64,000 nucleotides of DNA from the NCBI GenBank assembly GCA_009914755.4, contig CP068257.2, positions 23,456,001 to 23,520,000 on the forward strand, written 5' to 3'. This document shows positions 1-13,600 of this stretch, in pieces. A program made the position numbers and the translations under genes. The notes under the pieces are model-generated. The model was not told the DNA's origin. It saw only the letters and a list, made by a program, of their open reading frames with translations, and did no database searches. Origin of the DNA: the human T2T-CHM13v2.0 reference genome, Homo sapiens. Each line of letters starts with the position of its first letter. Within the stretch, counting starts at the first letter, position 1.

Positions 1-244
1 ATAGCAATATGGAAATAGATATCTAAGTGATAACATTATGGGATCCATCTGAGTTAGAGAAACCAAGCCAAGCCAAAAGGTAGAGAAATCTTCCCTGTAA
101 TTTGTTGCCAAGTGTTTAAGTTTTGGTGGCCTAAAGAAAACTCAATCTGTGTTCCTATAAATAAGTATCACAAATGTTAGAATAAATTAGTTGAGTTTAC
201 TATAACCACTTCAAAATAGTAGCAGCTCACTTATCCATCAAATA

Positions 245-548
<304 letters not shown>

Positions 549-1074
549 ATAAAATGTTTTGAGTTATTTTCAGGTAAGCTTTTTCATAACAAATTCTTCA
601 TTTAATTATCCCATAAGTTTGTTGGATGTATCTAACATTACAGATATTTGGGTTACACAGGATTGATACCTAAATGAGGATATGCAAAGTTGCTTGTAAT
701 AGTACCTAAGTTTTGCCTTTGCAAACAAAAAAATAAATCTATCTCAACAATATCTAACAGTGCTTTGCAACTTTGGTATTAAATATACTGATTGAGATGG
801 CCACTCATTTTTCTCTGTAATCCGAGTTCTGTTTGTCAAGTTTGATCACTGGAAGCCCACTTTGGCAACCCCACAAGTTATTGAAACAAGCCCCTTATTA
901 AATTTTATTTTTATTTTATTGCACTTTTAGCTTTCACTGTAGTTCATAAGAAACAGTTATAAGAAAAAGGATGGCTCTTCAAATCAGCTGTTATGAATAA
1001 CTTTACATACCTGTTTTTTTTTCTCACTTCCAACTTAGAAGGAAATGCCTCATATATTCATTTACATTTCACTC

Positions 1075-1420
1075 ATTAAATGAATACTAATTGAGCATCT
1101 ACTATGTACCTAGCAGCGTGAGAGGTGCTAGAGATAAAAAATGAACTATAAAGTAGAATCAGTTTTTATCTCCTTTGAGCTTACATTCTGGTAGGGTAAG
1201 AAATATTACAAAGTAAATGCATTTTTACAAACTATACAAGTGCTATTAAAGAAATGTGAGAAAGAATATATAACAAAGACACATGACTGACTGAGCTGAG
1301 CTCTAAAGGTTGTGTGGGTATTATTAGAAAAATATTATTTCAAGTCCAGGGGAGGGTCAGGCTCTATGTTAGGAGGGAAATAAGTTCACTGGGGGAACTG
1401 AAAGGGCTTTGTGAAAGAGT
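1075..1420 (-). mobile_element. Ancient MIR-like SINE fragment
   Basis: Contains ttgagcatctactatgtacctagcag ... gagcttacattctggtagg, which matches the reverse complement of the MIR/L2-type 3' tail (TTGAGCGCTTACTATGTGCCAGGCACTG...). Highly diverged. Confidence 0.35.
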
Positions 1421-3849
1421 AAGAATTCTACACATCATCATAATTTCTTGTGTGTGTGTGAAGGTATGTATATGTGTCTACAAGTCTCCAAGGAAGTTCA
1501 TATTTAAATTTAATACTAGGTAATGATAATTATGGGATATTACATTTTCCGCATATTTACTATTCCTTTCATCCTTGTAAATTTTTGGTCTAAAATTCTC
1601 TATATGAGTTGTTGGGTTTTATAACGTCATTTTTATTCCCCTTTGGAGCTGATAGAGGAGGGAGAGAAGACAGATGTGAAAGAAAGGGAAAGGAAGAAAT
1701 AAAAGAAAAATGATAAACCTAACATCATTCTAACTGAAAGGAGGAACAGAAAGGTAGTTATAAATGATCCCAGCACATGGTTAATATATATCCCATAGCT
1801 AAATTTGTCTTCTGTCTCTTACACTGTAAGATAAAATATAACTAATTATATTGAACCATATTTTTTAGATAAAATAAACAAACTTTCTGGGCTGAATGTT
1901 TTAGTAAAAACCCTTAGATTCCGCTAATATGCTAAATTTCAGGATAGAAATACAATGTATCATTGACTCAAAGCTGTAAAAGGTGCCTAAAAGGACCAAA
2001 GTTAGATCCCCAGATTTCTTCCAAGGGAAAAGATCAAAAACACTTAGAAACTTAAAATTTCTTATAATTAGATAGCCTTCAGTTTGACTGGCAGTTTAAC
2101 AGTATAAATAAAAGGCGAGCTTTAATTTATAGCCTCAATATGACATACTGGAAAATTAAATCATTTCCATATTTGCATAATAAAATTTATTATCTGTAAT
2201 TAACTAACCTTTAGAAAATTTATTTTTAATTTCCTCCTGTCAACATATCTGAAAAATGCCAAGTTAACAAGCTTTAGCGTATAAGCAACTACATTAATGT
2301 AGAAGTTATAGCAAGCATTAGATAGACGAAGCAGTCATGTCCTAAGTTAACTAAAGAGTTGTCATTGTATCACATTGTTCACTTGAAAACACATGGAAAA
2401 ATATTTTATATCAATGCTAAATGACAATAAAATCATAAGACATTTTGTATACACTAATCAGCTAAAGTAATCTAATCAGCACTGTTTACTTGAAATTCCT
2501 TTATATTTTATAACAGTATATTTCATTCCACAGAAAAATCTAAAAATGAAAATTCAGTTGCTTTTATTCTAGTTGTTCTAACTCAACTGTAATGTGTTTA
2601 TATTTTGTCATTGAACTTTGGAAGCAAGAGTTTTACAGTGATGTTTTTAAAATCTTCAACAATTAATAGAGAGTAATTTATTGTCTCACTCCATGCTTGA
2701 TGTAAGCAGTGTTAAGGGAGAATTAAAATATACGTTATTCTACCATAGAATTTGGTTCTCAGGTCCTCATGTAATAAATATGTTTTTTATGTGTTTACAT
2801 TTATAAGTATTTATATACCACATATAAATGTATACATATATACACCATTTTTCAGATTGTATGACTATAGAAGCTTAAAGGTTTTTTTTTTTTACAATTA
2901 TAAAAAATATGGATGTGAGGCCAATCTGGCTGGGACATCTGCCACCCCATGGATCTCCAGGGTTGATTCGGCTGATCTGGCTGGCTAGGCTGGTGTCCCC
3001 TTCCTCCCTCACCACTCCTTGTGTGTCTGTCCCGAAGCTGTGCACTCTAATGAAGAGGACGACCATCCCAGACAGAGGAGGACCAGTCTTTGTTCTAGGG
3101 TACGTGAGTAGCTGCACTCCCCTGCTAGAACCTCCAAACAAGCTCTCAATTATAAACAAATAGCACCAAAACATTTAGCAACAGTCTTTTTGCTTATTTC
3201 TAGGATTTATCAAGCTCTGATTAATGCTCTATCTAGTCATTACAATTCATAGAAAGAAAAGCAGTGGTAGCAGGTGGCATTGTGAATTTAAGTTAGCCCC
3301 AATGTGGAGAAGGACAGCAGGGGCTCTTCTATATCGGCTTCCTGAAAGCATGACACCAGCAATATTGTATGTTTTCTAAACTAGTCAGTTCATTAGCGTT
3401 CCACCAAAAATTTTTATTCCACTTCACTGTCTTAAAAATACCAGTTTGTTCACTCATCAGACTTCTTTACCTTGACATAAGAAATCTAGGGTATTGATAG
3501 TGAAAGATGTAAAGTGAAACAAATAAAAGAAACCTTTTAAGCCAGTTCTAGAAGAAAGAGCCATCTTATCATACGTCCTTATTTATGTACATAAATGCAC
3601 ACATATACAGACCCAGGAAGGAAATATTCAAACTAACTCCACATCTTGCTCTTGTCAACAAAATTAAATATATGAATTACTTTAAATTACATCAGGTAGA
3701 AACTTGATATTACTTTTTTAAAAGCCAGACCTTTGCTAGATTAGAATTTAGCTTTTTTATGTCATGCTTCAGAAAAAAAGAGACCACAAGTCTTTAAAAA
3801 ATATAATTTAGTATCTTCTCATCCTTTTTTTCTTATCACAAGAATTGAC

Positions 3850-4171
<322 letters not shown>

Positions 4172-4427
4172 CTAGATGCCTGAGTAGAAAACTTGAGATT
4201 CATCCATCACCATTCACAGCCATGTTCTTCAGATTTTTACCTCCCAAATTTGTCTCAAATTCTCCCAGTTGGCCCAAGTTATCACCCGTGCCCAGGCTAC
4301 TAGATTATTGCAATACAATGTATAGCTCTAAAGTGGAAACTTAATTCATCAAGAGTTAAGTTCTTTCTTATTTTTCTAGAAATATATTTTAAATCTCATT
4401 TTTATTGACTGTTAAAAATCTTAGAGA

Positions 4428-4485
4428 TTTATCAACTTTATCATTAAAAAACTTATCAACTTCACCATTAAAAATCTTATAGATT
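4428..4485. repeat. Short tandem repeat, ~24-bp unit x ~2.5 (cttatcaacttcaccattaaaaat)
   Basis: Direct reading: tttatcaactttatcattaaaaaa / cttatcaacttcaccattaaaaat / cttatagatta. Confidence 0.5.
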
Positions 4486-4625
4486 ATAAATGAGTGAGAG
4501 AAATAATTAAATTGCATGTCATTTACATCAGAAGATAATCTAACAGATTATTATTGAAATATACAGAAGTAGACTCTTCTCAAGCCAACATTATTGGCCA
4601 CTGTCTCATAAAATATAGATTGTAG

Positions 4626-4900
<275 letters not shown>

Positions 4901-5159
4901 GGAAGAATTCTTTATATTATATAATTTTCACTCTCTCATTAGAGTGATCACTATATCAACTTTTATTTGTACAAGTTTGAAGCAAAAGCTGTAGGAAAAT
5001 GATACAAATTAATAAACTACACTTTCTAATATGAATAAACAACATTTATCTCTGCTTTTTCTACAGATTTCTTTTTCCTAATGACTTGCTCATTTGCCAA
5101 ACTGGCACTAATGCAAGAACTCTGTGATTAACTGATGTTATTGAAGACTGCTTTAGACT

Positions 5160-5495
5160 GACTGACTGTCAGCATGCCTCCAAAATTCATATGTTGAAAG
5201 CTAATCCCCAATAAGATGGTATTTGGAGGTGGGGCCTTTGGAAGATGATTAGGTCATGGGGATAAAAGGGACTAGTAGCTTCTAAAAGAGGCTCCAAAGA
5301 GTTGCCTTGCTCTTTCCTCCATGTAAGGACACAGTGAGAAGACAATTGTCTATGAAGCAAGCAGTGGGCCCTCACAGACACCAAACCTGCTGATATCTTG
5401 ATTTATGACCTCCATAACTGTAAAAAATAAATGTTTACTGTTCAAGCCACCCAATCTGTGGTATTTTGTTGGATCAGCACAAATTGACTAAGACA
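5160..5495 (+). mobile_element. MaLR LTR, MLT1-family
   Basis: cctccaaaattcatatgttgaaagctaatccccaataagatggtatttggaggtggggcctttggaagatgattaggtcatgggg ... ccacccaatctgtggtattttgttggatcagcacaaattgactaagaca matches the MLT1 consensus as I remember it (…TCCCTCCAAAATTCATATGTTGAAGCCCTAACCCCCAATGTGATGGTATTAGGAGGTGGGGCCTTTGGGAGGTGATTAGGTCATGAGGG … CCACCCAGTCTATGGTATTTTGTTATAGCAGCCCGAACGGACTAAGACA). Confidence 0.6.
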
Positions 5496-6354
5496 AAGGC
5501 CTAAAAATCACAGATAGAAAAATGTATCACTAAATATCATAATTCCTTAATTCCCAGCTATATCTATCAGAGAGTTCCATACTCAGCCTCTCTTCCATCA
5601 GGCACCCACTCCCCATCACATATGGCTGTAAGTAACCAGCTCTTCCCCAATCTCTTATCTTCTCCAGGACCAGAGACTCCTCTGTGTCTTGGTAAGAGCA
5701 AAGTAAAATTGGACATTTCTTCATGTTGAACAGTCTTCATCCAAGGATGACTCATTTACTCTTATTATGCAGAGTGATTTACCATTCCATTACCTAGACC
5801 ATACTATTTTCTTTGAAACACAGCCCAAATGTTTTACCATCAGAAAATAAAAGGGTCTATTAAAGTGCCTTTCCACATAAAATAACTGCAATCTTTCAAC
5901 CACTTTCTTTGAATTTGGAAACAACTGTAGCTATGTTTAAATAGGGTGCTTTTGTTTTTTCCCAACTTTCCCATTAATAATTTTTGAAGGCTCTGGTATT
6001 TATTTTTGTTTATCTTCATTATAGAGTTTCTGCAAAGCAATATGGAAAGGAAATGAAATAAGCAGTTGGACAGTGGAAAAATTAATAGCATACATGTTTT
6101 AATTTTACACCTAAATCCTTGAGAATTATCTAAAAATACATAGGAAGCTAAGAAGTTTAACCCAGCAAAAATCAAGGTTTAGATATTTATGAAGAAAACT
6201 GTAAAACTGAGTAGATATATATAAAGGAAAACTAAATAAGCAGACATACAGGTCATGTTCTTGGATTAAACAATAAAAATAAAGTTATTTCCAAGCTAAT
6301 GAGTAGTCTGAATGTAAAGTAAATCAAAATTTGACTTTATAGAATTTCTTCCTG

Positions 6355-6450
6355 CTTTTCTTCCCTCCCTCCTTCCTTCTCTCCCTCCTTTGTTCCTTCC
6401 TTCCTTCCCTCCTTCCTCCCTTCCTTCCCTCTTTCCTGTCTCCTTTATTT
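6355..6450. repeat. Polypyrimidine simple repeat (CCTT/CCCT)n
   Basis: ttccctccctccttccttctctccctcctttgttccttccttccttccctccttcctcccttccttccctctttcc. Confidence 0.9.
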
Positions 6451-6607
6451 ATTACATAAAATAAATATTTCATGTAGAAAACTATGTGTCACTTACTGTA
6501 GTAGATGCCAAGAATACTAGAGGCAAATATAGATATATATTTGCACTCACTAAAAATGACCTGGTAACAAATACAGACAATTAAATAGAAATTAGGGTAA
6601 ATTCAAA

Positions 6608-6720
6608 TATACATATATACACATACATAGACACACACACACACACATATATACACACACACATACAAACAGCTATGTGTGTATATGTATAGTTAGATAT
6701 ATATTTATTCTTTGTCTTCA
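6608..6720. repeat. Compound microsatellite (TA)n(CA)n(TG)n
   Basis: atacatatatacacatacatagacacacacacacacacatatatacacacacacatacaaac ... gtgtgtatatgtat. Confidence 0.85.
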
Positions 6721-7334
6721 AATAACAGTAAAAAAAACAAAAAAGTTTACTTCAATACATGGAGCAATAAACTGTTTTGCTGAATAGACAACATATTTTT
6801 CGATGCAAATTCTACCCAAATTTATTTATAGGTTTAGCATTCCACTAGAAATTTCCAATCAAACTTCCACTAGAAATTTTCTTTAAACTTGAAAACATAA
6901 TTTTAAAAATCAATTTAGAAGAGGAAACAGGCAAATACAGACAAGACATGGTTACAAATGAAAGTGGTGAGGAATCATTGGCACTATCTTATGTCAAAGT
7001 CTATTCTTATGGTGCTAATGTTCTTTTTGTCCCCTTTGATGAGGTAACCTGGGGAAAAGCGCATAACCCAGTTTGTGAAGAGTTAGAGAAAGTGTTCTAG
7101 AAGGGATATCTAAGCAGAAATGGGAGGAATGTGTAAAACATCAACCAAGAGAAAATTCCCGTAGTGAATTCTAGACACAGGAGCTGAAATGGGTAAAAGC
7201 CAGGAGACAGTGTGGCACACAGGAGGAAAGGAAAGTCATTCAGGATAGATGAAACATACAGTGTGGAAATATTGAGAGGCATGCTGGCACCACATCTGAA
7301 GAGCTCTCAAGCTACATACTGAATGCAATGCACT

Positions 7335-7702
7335 GAGTCTTTAGTCTCTCCAAAATTGTTAACTCCCAGTTAACAATTGAAATGTTGACCCCCAGTGTGG
7401 TGGTGTTCGGAGGTGGGGTTTTGAAGAGATAATCAGACATGATGGTAGAGCCCTCATGAATGGGGTGAGTGCCTATGTAAGAAGAGGCCAGAGAGCTCTC
7501 TTGTTCTCTTTTTATCAAGTGAAGAAACAACAAGAAGTCAACAGCCTGCAACCCAGAAGAGAGCCCTCATCATACACTGAATCTGCCAGTGCCTTGCTCT
7601 TGTACTTCTCAGCCTTCCAAACTGTGAGAAATAAACATCTGCTATTTATAAATGAAGGTCTGCTATGGTACTTTGTTAAAACATCCCTAACTATGACTGA
7701 GT
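7335..7702 (+). mobile_element. MaLR LTR, MLT1-family (second copy, same orientation as the 5160-5495 copy)
   Basis: ctccaaaattgttaactcccagttaacaattgaaatgttgacccccagtgtggtggtgttcggaggtggggttttgaagagataatcagacatgatggtagagccctcatgaatgggg ... cttccaaactgtgagaaataaacatctgctatttataaatgaaggtctgctatggtactttgttaaaacatccctaactatgactgag. This fits the MLT1 body and 3' end (…CCTCCAGAACTGTGAGAAATAAATTTCTGTTGTTTATAAGCCACCCAGTCTATGGTATTTTGTTA…). Confidence 0.55.
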
Positions 7703-8519
7703 AAAATACACTGCACTTTATCTCAAGGAAGAGAGAATCATTGAATGCTCTGAAGTTGAGGTAGCATCAGATTATATCTATGTTTTGAAAAACTCTAACT
7801 TTTAATTTTTTCTTAAGGAAAGAAACTTGAATATGTTGAACCACTAGTGGAAGGAAGACAATAGATCAGGAAAAGCTGATGACATCAAATAATTGATGAA
7901 ATGAGATCCATGGGGGTGGAACAGAGTGTCTGGAGGGTTTAAGTTTAGAAGAAGAGCTAGTATACCTACAATATTCTTAATACACTTGAATAAAATGTCA
8001 GTATCTCTTTGATATCTGATTAAGCAAGTTTTTACCAAAAAAATTGTCATATTAAAGCCATAATTTTTGCAATAGTTGAGGCTCATTTATATCCTGCTTA
8101 ATAAGAATTCATCATATGTAAATCAGCACATATATAATACTTAATTTACTTGGTTGTTTAGTGAAATACCCACATAACATTTGGAACTTTAAAGATGTAA
8201 TAGAAAGTATAGTCACATTCATGGATAGAATCACATTTTTCTATTGTCTACTTTGGTGAAAAATCAATAACTTTCAATACAAGTAAGATGCCATATTGGA
8301 TTATTTTATATTCTTAAATAGGACAAACATCTAATATCAAATTTTATATTACTATTAATAATGAATTTATTTTTAAATGATGTGGGAATAAACATTTTAT
8401 ATCAAATTTATATTATGTACAATAGTTCATCAGAAGCACAGATATGTCTTTCTCATTATTGACTATGTATTTTCAAAGTAACCTGAAAGTAATCTGTGTG
8501 TTATTTGAAATAGTGTATT

Positions 8520-8640
8520 GTCTATGGCGTACTACCCTGAATATGTCCAATCTTGTCTGAAATTGGGAAATGCAGCCTGTGTACAAAAGTCCGTTGGGTC
8601 ATGAATAGCCCAGCAACTTCCATTCATCAAGTTGCTATTT
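8520..8640 (+). pseudogene. 5S rRNA-derived pseudogene or fossil (CpG-decayed)
   Basis: gtctatggcgtactaccctgaatatgtccaatcttgtctgaaattgggaaatgcag aligns with the 5S rRNA 5' half GTCTACGGCCATACCACCCTGAACGCGCCCGATCTCGTCTGATCTCGGAAGCTAAGCAG at roughly 70% identity. Most mismatches are CpG to TpG or CpA transitions (ACGCGCCCG becomes ATATGTCCA). The 3' half is much less similar. Confidence 0.4.
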
Positions 8641-9288
8641 TGCGGGCATTGTCACAGTGACTCGAGAAATTATCTAGGGAATTATGCTTTATGGTATACT
8701 TGAAATGTGGCAAACATCCTCAAAAGACCAGGAGTTTGTATTAATTCATTGCCTGCATATATTACACAGAAAACACAGGACATTTGCAGAATAACTTGCT
8801 TCTTGCTATCTGGCTTTATCTATTTGGTTTTATTCCACTCTCTGTTATCCAAGGTGGCCAGTAATCTGGAGCCAAGCATTACCTAGATTCAAGATCCCAG
8901 ACCACTTCACCCAACCAATTTCTACCAGAACTACTTTCCAATTATCTCACATCTAGTAAGCCATTTTCTATCCTTTGAAATGAGGGAAACTTTGACCCTA
9001 AAGAGACCCTTAACTACATACAATACAGATTTGACCTTCCATGCAGGACAGGGCTGTGTTCCCCTTCTCTCCATCTTCTCTACCTCCAGCTCCTGTCTCA
9101 CTGTCTCATTTACCTCTCCACTCTATGCCCTAGTGACTTTCCTCTACCCTTAGGACTCCAATGGTTTTCTCTGGGCTCTTTACAACCTTGTGCCTATCTG
9201 CCTTTTCACTTACCTCAGTCCATTGTACAGTATCTGCTTAGATGTTTGTTTCACATGCTACACTGTGAATTCTAAACATCAGAGACTG

Positions 9289-9312
9289 TTTTGTTGTTGT
9301 TGTTGTTGTTTT
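9289..9312. repeat. (TTG)n microsatellite
   Basis: ttgttgttgttgttgttgttgtt, about 8 units. Confidence 0.9.
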
Positions 9313-9529
9313 TTATTTCTAAGACTTTGTGGTGTTTTCAGCATATAGTAGAGGCTTAGTTAAATGCTAAAGAAATCCATGAATTAGCTCTATCATTTCA
9401 CTTTGTGGCACTTTCGATGATACAAAATAAATTATATTAAGGTCACTTAATTTCTTTTCTCAAGGAAAAGTCAATGAAGTTACTGTAACCACTCAATGCG
9501 TTCAGTTTACCCACATCCTAGACAGAGTC

Positions 9530-10620
9530 AATTTATCAAGACTGGAGAATTGCAATAGAGAAAGAGTAATTCATGCAGAACCAGCTGTGCTAGAGACCAG
9601 AGCTTTATTATTACTCAAATCAGTCTGCTGGAGCATTCAGGGATCAGAGTTTTTAAGGCTAGTTTAGTGGGTGGGAAGCCAGTGAGTCAGCAGTGCTAAT
9701 TGGTTGAGTCAGAGATGAAGACATAGGAAGTCTAAGCTGTCATCTTGTGCTGAGTCAGTTCCTGGGTAGGGGGTCACAAGATCAGATAAGCGAGTTGATC
9801 CATCTGGGCGATGCCAGGTTATCCATCAAGTGCAGGGTCTTGAAAATATCTCAAGCACTGATCTTAAGTTTTACAATAGTGATGTCATCCTCTGGAGCAA
9901 TTTGGGGAGGGTCAGACTCTTGTCGCCTCCGGCTGCGTGACTCCTAAACCATAATTTCTAATCCAAATTCTAACAAATTTTGGCTAATTTATTAGTCCTG
10001 CAAAGGCAATCTAGTCCCCAGACAAGAAGGGGGATTGTTTTGGGAAAGGACTGTTAGCATCCTTGTTTCAAACTATAAACTATAAACTAAGTTACTCCAA
10101 AAGTTAGTTTGGCCTATGCTAAGGAATGAACAAGGCCAGCTTGAAAGTGAAAAGCAAGATGGAGTTGGTTAGATCAGATCTCTTTAATTGTCTCAGGTAT
10201 AATTTTGCAATGGCAGTTTTATTACTAGACAAACTAATTTATAATTTTTTATTGATCAGGGGTATGAGGGTTTTTTTCCCCCACTTCAAGCAAATATTTG
10301 CTGCTCTATCTTTCCAATACCAATTGACTAATTTCTAACATCAACTGGGTGCCCGATAATTCCATTTAATTCCGGCACTAATTACCCAGAGTTAACATCA
10401 GATCCTATGTGTTAAGGACTCAGTTCCACAAGACTGCCCCTGACTTCAGAGGCCAACCGTAAATGGGGTGCATAGGCTACCCATATTTTTGCCTTCCAAC
10501 TACAAATTCCAGAGTTCACAGGATTCCTGACCCAAGTTTGGTAATTTTCTGGAATAACGCACAGAACTCACAAAGACATTTTACACACTATTACGGTTTT
10601 ATTATAGATAAAACTCAGAT
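9530..10620. mobile_element. Unclassified LTR-like interspersed repeat (tentative)
   Basis: A ~1.1-kb segment with LTR-like sequence style (gtgctagagaccagagctttattattactcaaatcagtctgctggagcattcagggatcagagtttttaaggc ... cagagttcacaggattcctgacccaagtttggtaattttctgg). I cannot place it in a family from memory and the boundaries are uncertain. Confidence 0.25.
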
Positions 10621-13600
10621 TTTCAGTGTGTAATAAAAGTGGCCATTTTATCAAAAATAAGAAATATTGTCACTATTTTAACATGAGCCCTAATGAAGTG
10701 TATAATAAATTCACTTATAGTTGTATTTAAAATACACGTGTTAGTATAAGAATTAATAAATGACTGAATGAATGAATTATTTAATCATGATCTTCAGAAG
10801 GTCTTACGGTGCAGTTTTATTTTTCTGTGAAAATCTAACCCAGAGACAAATAATTGTATTTCCTATATGGGGAAAAAGTAATGAGCTGCTGGTCAGGGGA
10901 GACACTTTGGCAATGATGATGGAACATTACAGATCAGCAGGGATCCCCAGGCGGGTTTCACCACATAGCATCTTCTGGATTGAAAGCAGCAGGGGAATCC
11001 TATTCCACATCATTTCCCAAATCATTTCTCTTCTTGAGTAGAATGACTATAAACTATGAAGGAAAATTAAAGTCCTAGTAGAATTTTGAAAAGAGGAAAG
11101 TATGACATGAAAACTTACAGAAATAAATGGGCCAAAGTAAATTTTAAAATAATGAAAGTATCTCTTAAAGTTTATTAAAAATATATGTACCAGTATAAGT
11201 GGTATTTTCAATTACTTAGAATTTTTGGCTCATTATTTTTGGCTTCATATTTTAAGCTTTATCAATGATACATCTTTATATTTTTTCTAGTACAGGAAAA
11301 GCATGTCACAATTTTAGAAAAAATATAAAGAAAATTGCCTGCTGGATTTTAAGAAAGTATTTTTTGGTGATTCATTACTTATTTCAAGTATAAAAATATT
11401 CTGATCCTCAGAGGGTCAAATAAATCAGTGTATTCAGCTTGCTTCTGAGCCATTCTCCTCAGAAGCCCGAGCTATTTTTTTTATAAGATACAAAAACAAA
11501 TATTTCCTTTGAATTCACATGGTTTGAAGATATGTGCCCGCCTTTCCATTCTATTGTCCTCTGACTGTATCAGAGCAGGGATAAAAAAGTGGAACTGGCT
11601 TAAAGCATTATCAAAGTCTTAATGGCTGGAAGCAAAAGTGATGAGAAAGAGTATGCTGGGTAAGCAAACCTGCACCGTATTTTTCAGAACAAATCCCTGT
11701 ACCCTAAGCCTATTTTCAATGTGTAGTATAGTGTATACATGGAAAATGAATAAAATCTATAGAAGCAGAAGGAGAAATCACATTTTGCACAATTTAATTA
11801 AAATCATTGAGGAGCCTACACTGTTATTTTAGGGGTCTGACCTAAAATATTACCAAAACAGTAATATGGAAAAGAAATTCTTGAAAGTGGAAGAAACAGT
11901 ATGCTGCCTCTTTACTTCCAGTGAATACCTGGACTGGTGACACATAGAGTTCAATCTTTCTTTAAAGTGTTAAAAAAAAAAAATTCAAGTATCAAAGTTT
12001 TTGCCAGATTATCAATCTTATCTGATTTTCTTAATGCCAGTGTTTAATCAGATTAGTTCAACTCTTCCTAAATCCTATTTATTGCCATTACAATTGACTG
12101 GTAACAAATTAATAAATGTAAAGTGATTAGAAAAGAGTCTGGCCTGTAGTAAGAATTCAATAAACGCAAACAACAAATATCTTTTCGTTACTATTATCCA
12201 TAGATTACTTGTTAGTCGAGTTTCTGCATGAAAAGTCTTGAGTATCTAAGGACTGAAGAAGCTGTATGAAGTCTGTTTCATCCTGCCTAATTCACAGATG
12301 AAACTAAAGTCCCCTTACACAAGTAATGTTCACAAAAATTCAAAGGTAGTACCACTCTACTTTTACTAGAAAATAAGCAAATCACAATTAGAAGAAAATA
12401 TGAAAACATGACATGTGAGAAAAGTTCATTGTAAGTTCATTAGAAACCTGAAGATGTTGTCAAAATGTATTTTGCAAGATTTAAGATGAAACCTTTAAAA
12501 AGAGGGATGATGTCTGATAACTTATCCTATCAACTGCTGTACACAATCATGTTATTTCAGGCACGATAATTGCATGGTAACAGCTATTAGGTGTTCATGA
12601 GCAATAGCTGTTGTAGCTGATTCTTTCTCAACTGGGCAGATTTAATTCAGTGACAAGAAAAATACTGCAAATCAACTCTGTGATATTGACCAAGTAAATA
12701 TGAGAATAAATAAGTAAAAATAGTCCATGAACACATGAAAGCCTCTACTTAAAGAATAAAATTTCTCACGTTGGCTGGTCATGATACTACATTAGATAGT
12801 TATAAGTATCTGCAAGTAATGACATAAAGAATCAATAAGTTATGTCGGGTAAGTGTTATCAGTGTATACAGATATGTCAAATGCTGTAAACAATCACCAG
12901 GAAATTAATTAAACAGTATTATATTTGTTTGTTATTGCCAATAAATTTTGTGTGATTGAAGCCAAGCTTTCTTGCTAATTCCTGCTTTAGGTATATTGTT
13001 TATTAGAACAAATGTGGTTGAGTTTCACATCAACAAGTGAGCTTTATTATTTATACTCTCAATAAGGAAGTAGATTTAGTTGACATTGTCACAAAACATT
13101 TTTAAGTCAAAACATAAATTCTTACTGGAAATAATTGATATTTTTTTTCTCCCCCCAACTTGTCAAATCAGAACCCTTTTTTAGTGGTTTGGTTAATTAT
13201 TTATCTGTATTTTTGCCTTTGAAATCTTACTTCAAAAACACATTTTATGCAAATAGTTATTTGTATCAATTGGCTTTATGTGTTAACTATTTATCTACTG
13301 ATAATTATGGGCAAAATTAAATGCCACAATACAAACCAGGTAATTTATATTGAAAAAAAATCTAATGATGGACAATTTATATGTGGTTTTCCTTTTTAAT
13401 TCCTGTATCTTTTCAAAACACTTATAAGCTCAAATGTTCTCTAAAGAGTGATGTTGCCGAACATGAACAGCCCATCAGATAATCCTGACCATTTCAAAAT
13501 CACCTCAGGAAAAGATCCTTAAGTAAATCAGCAGGTAAATTGAGAAGGAAAAGACACAATTAACTTGGAGAAGAAAAATGTAAAGGATATAAAATAATTG

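Noticed and set aside
12120-12350. MIR-like phrases (ggcctgtagtaagaattcaataaacgc … ctaattcacagatgaaactaaagtcc).
   Set aside because: The two motifs occur in an order inconsistent with either orientation of the MIR consensus. This is probably chance similarity.
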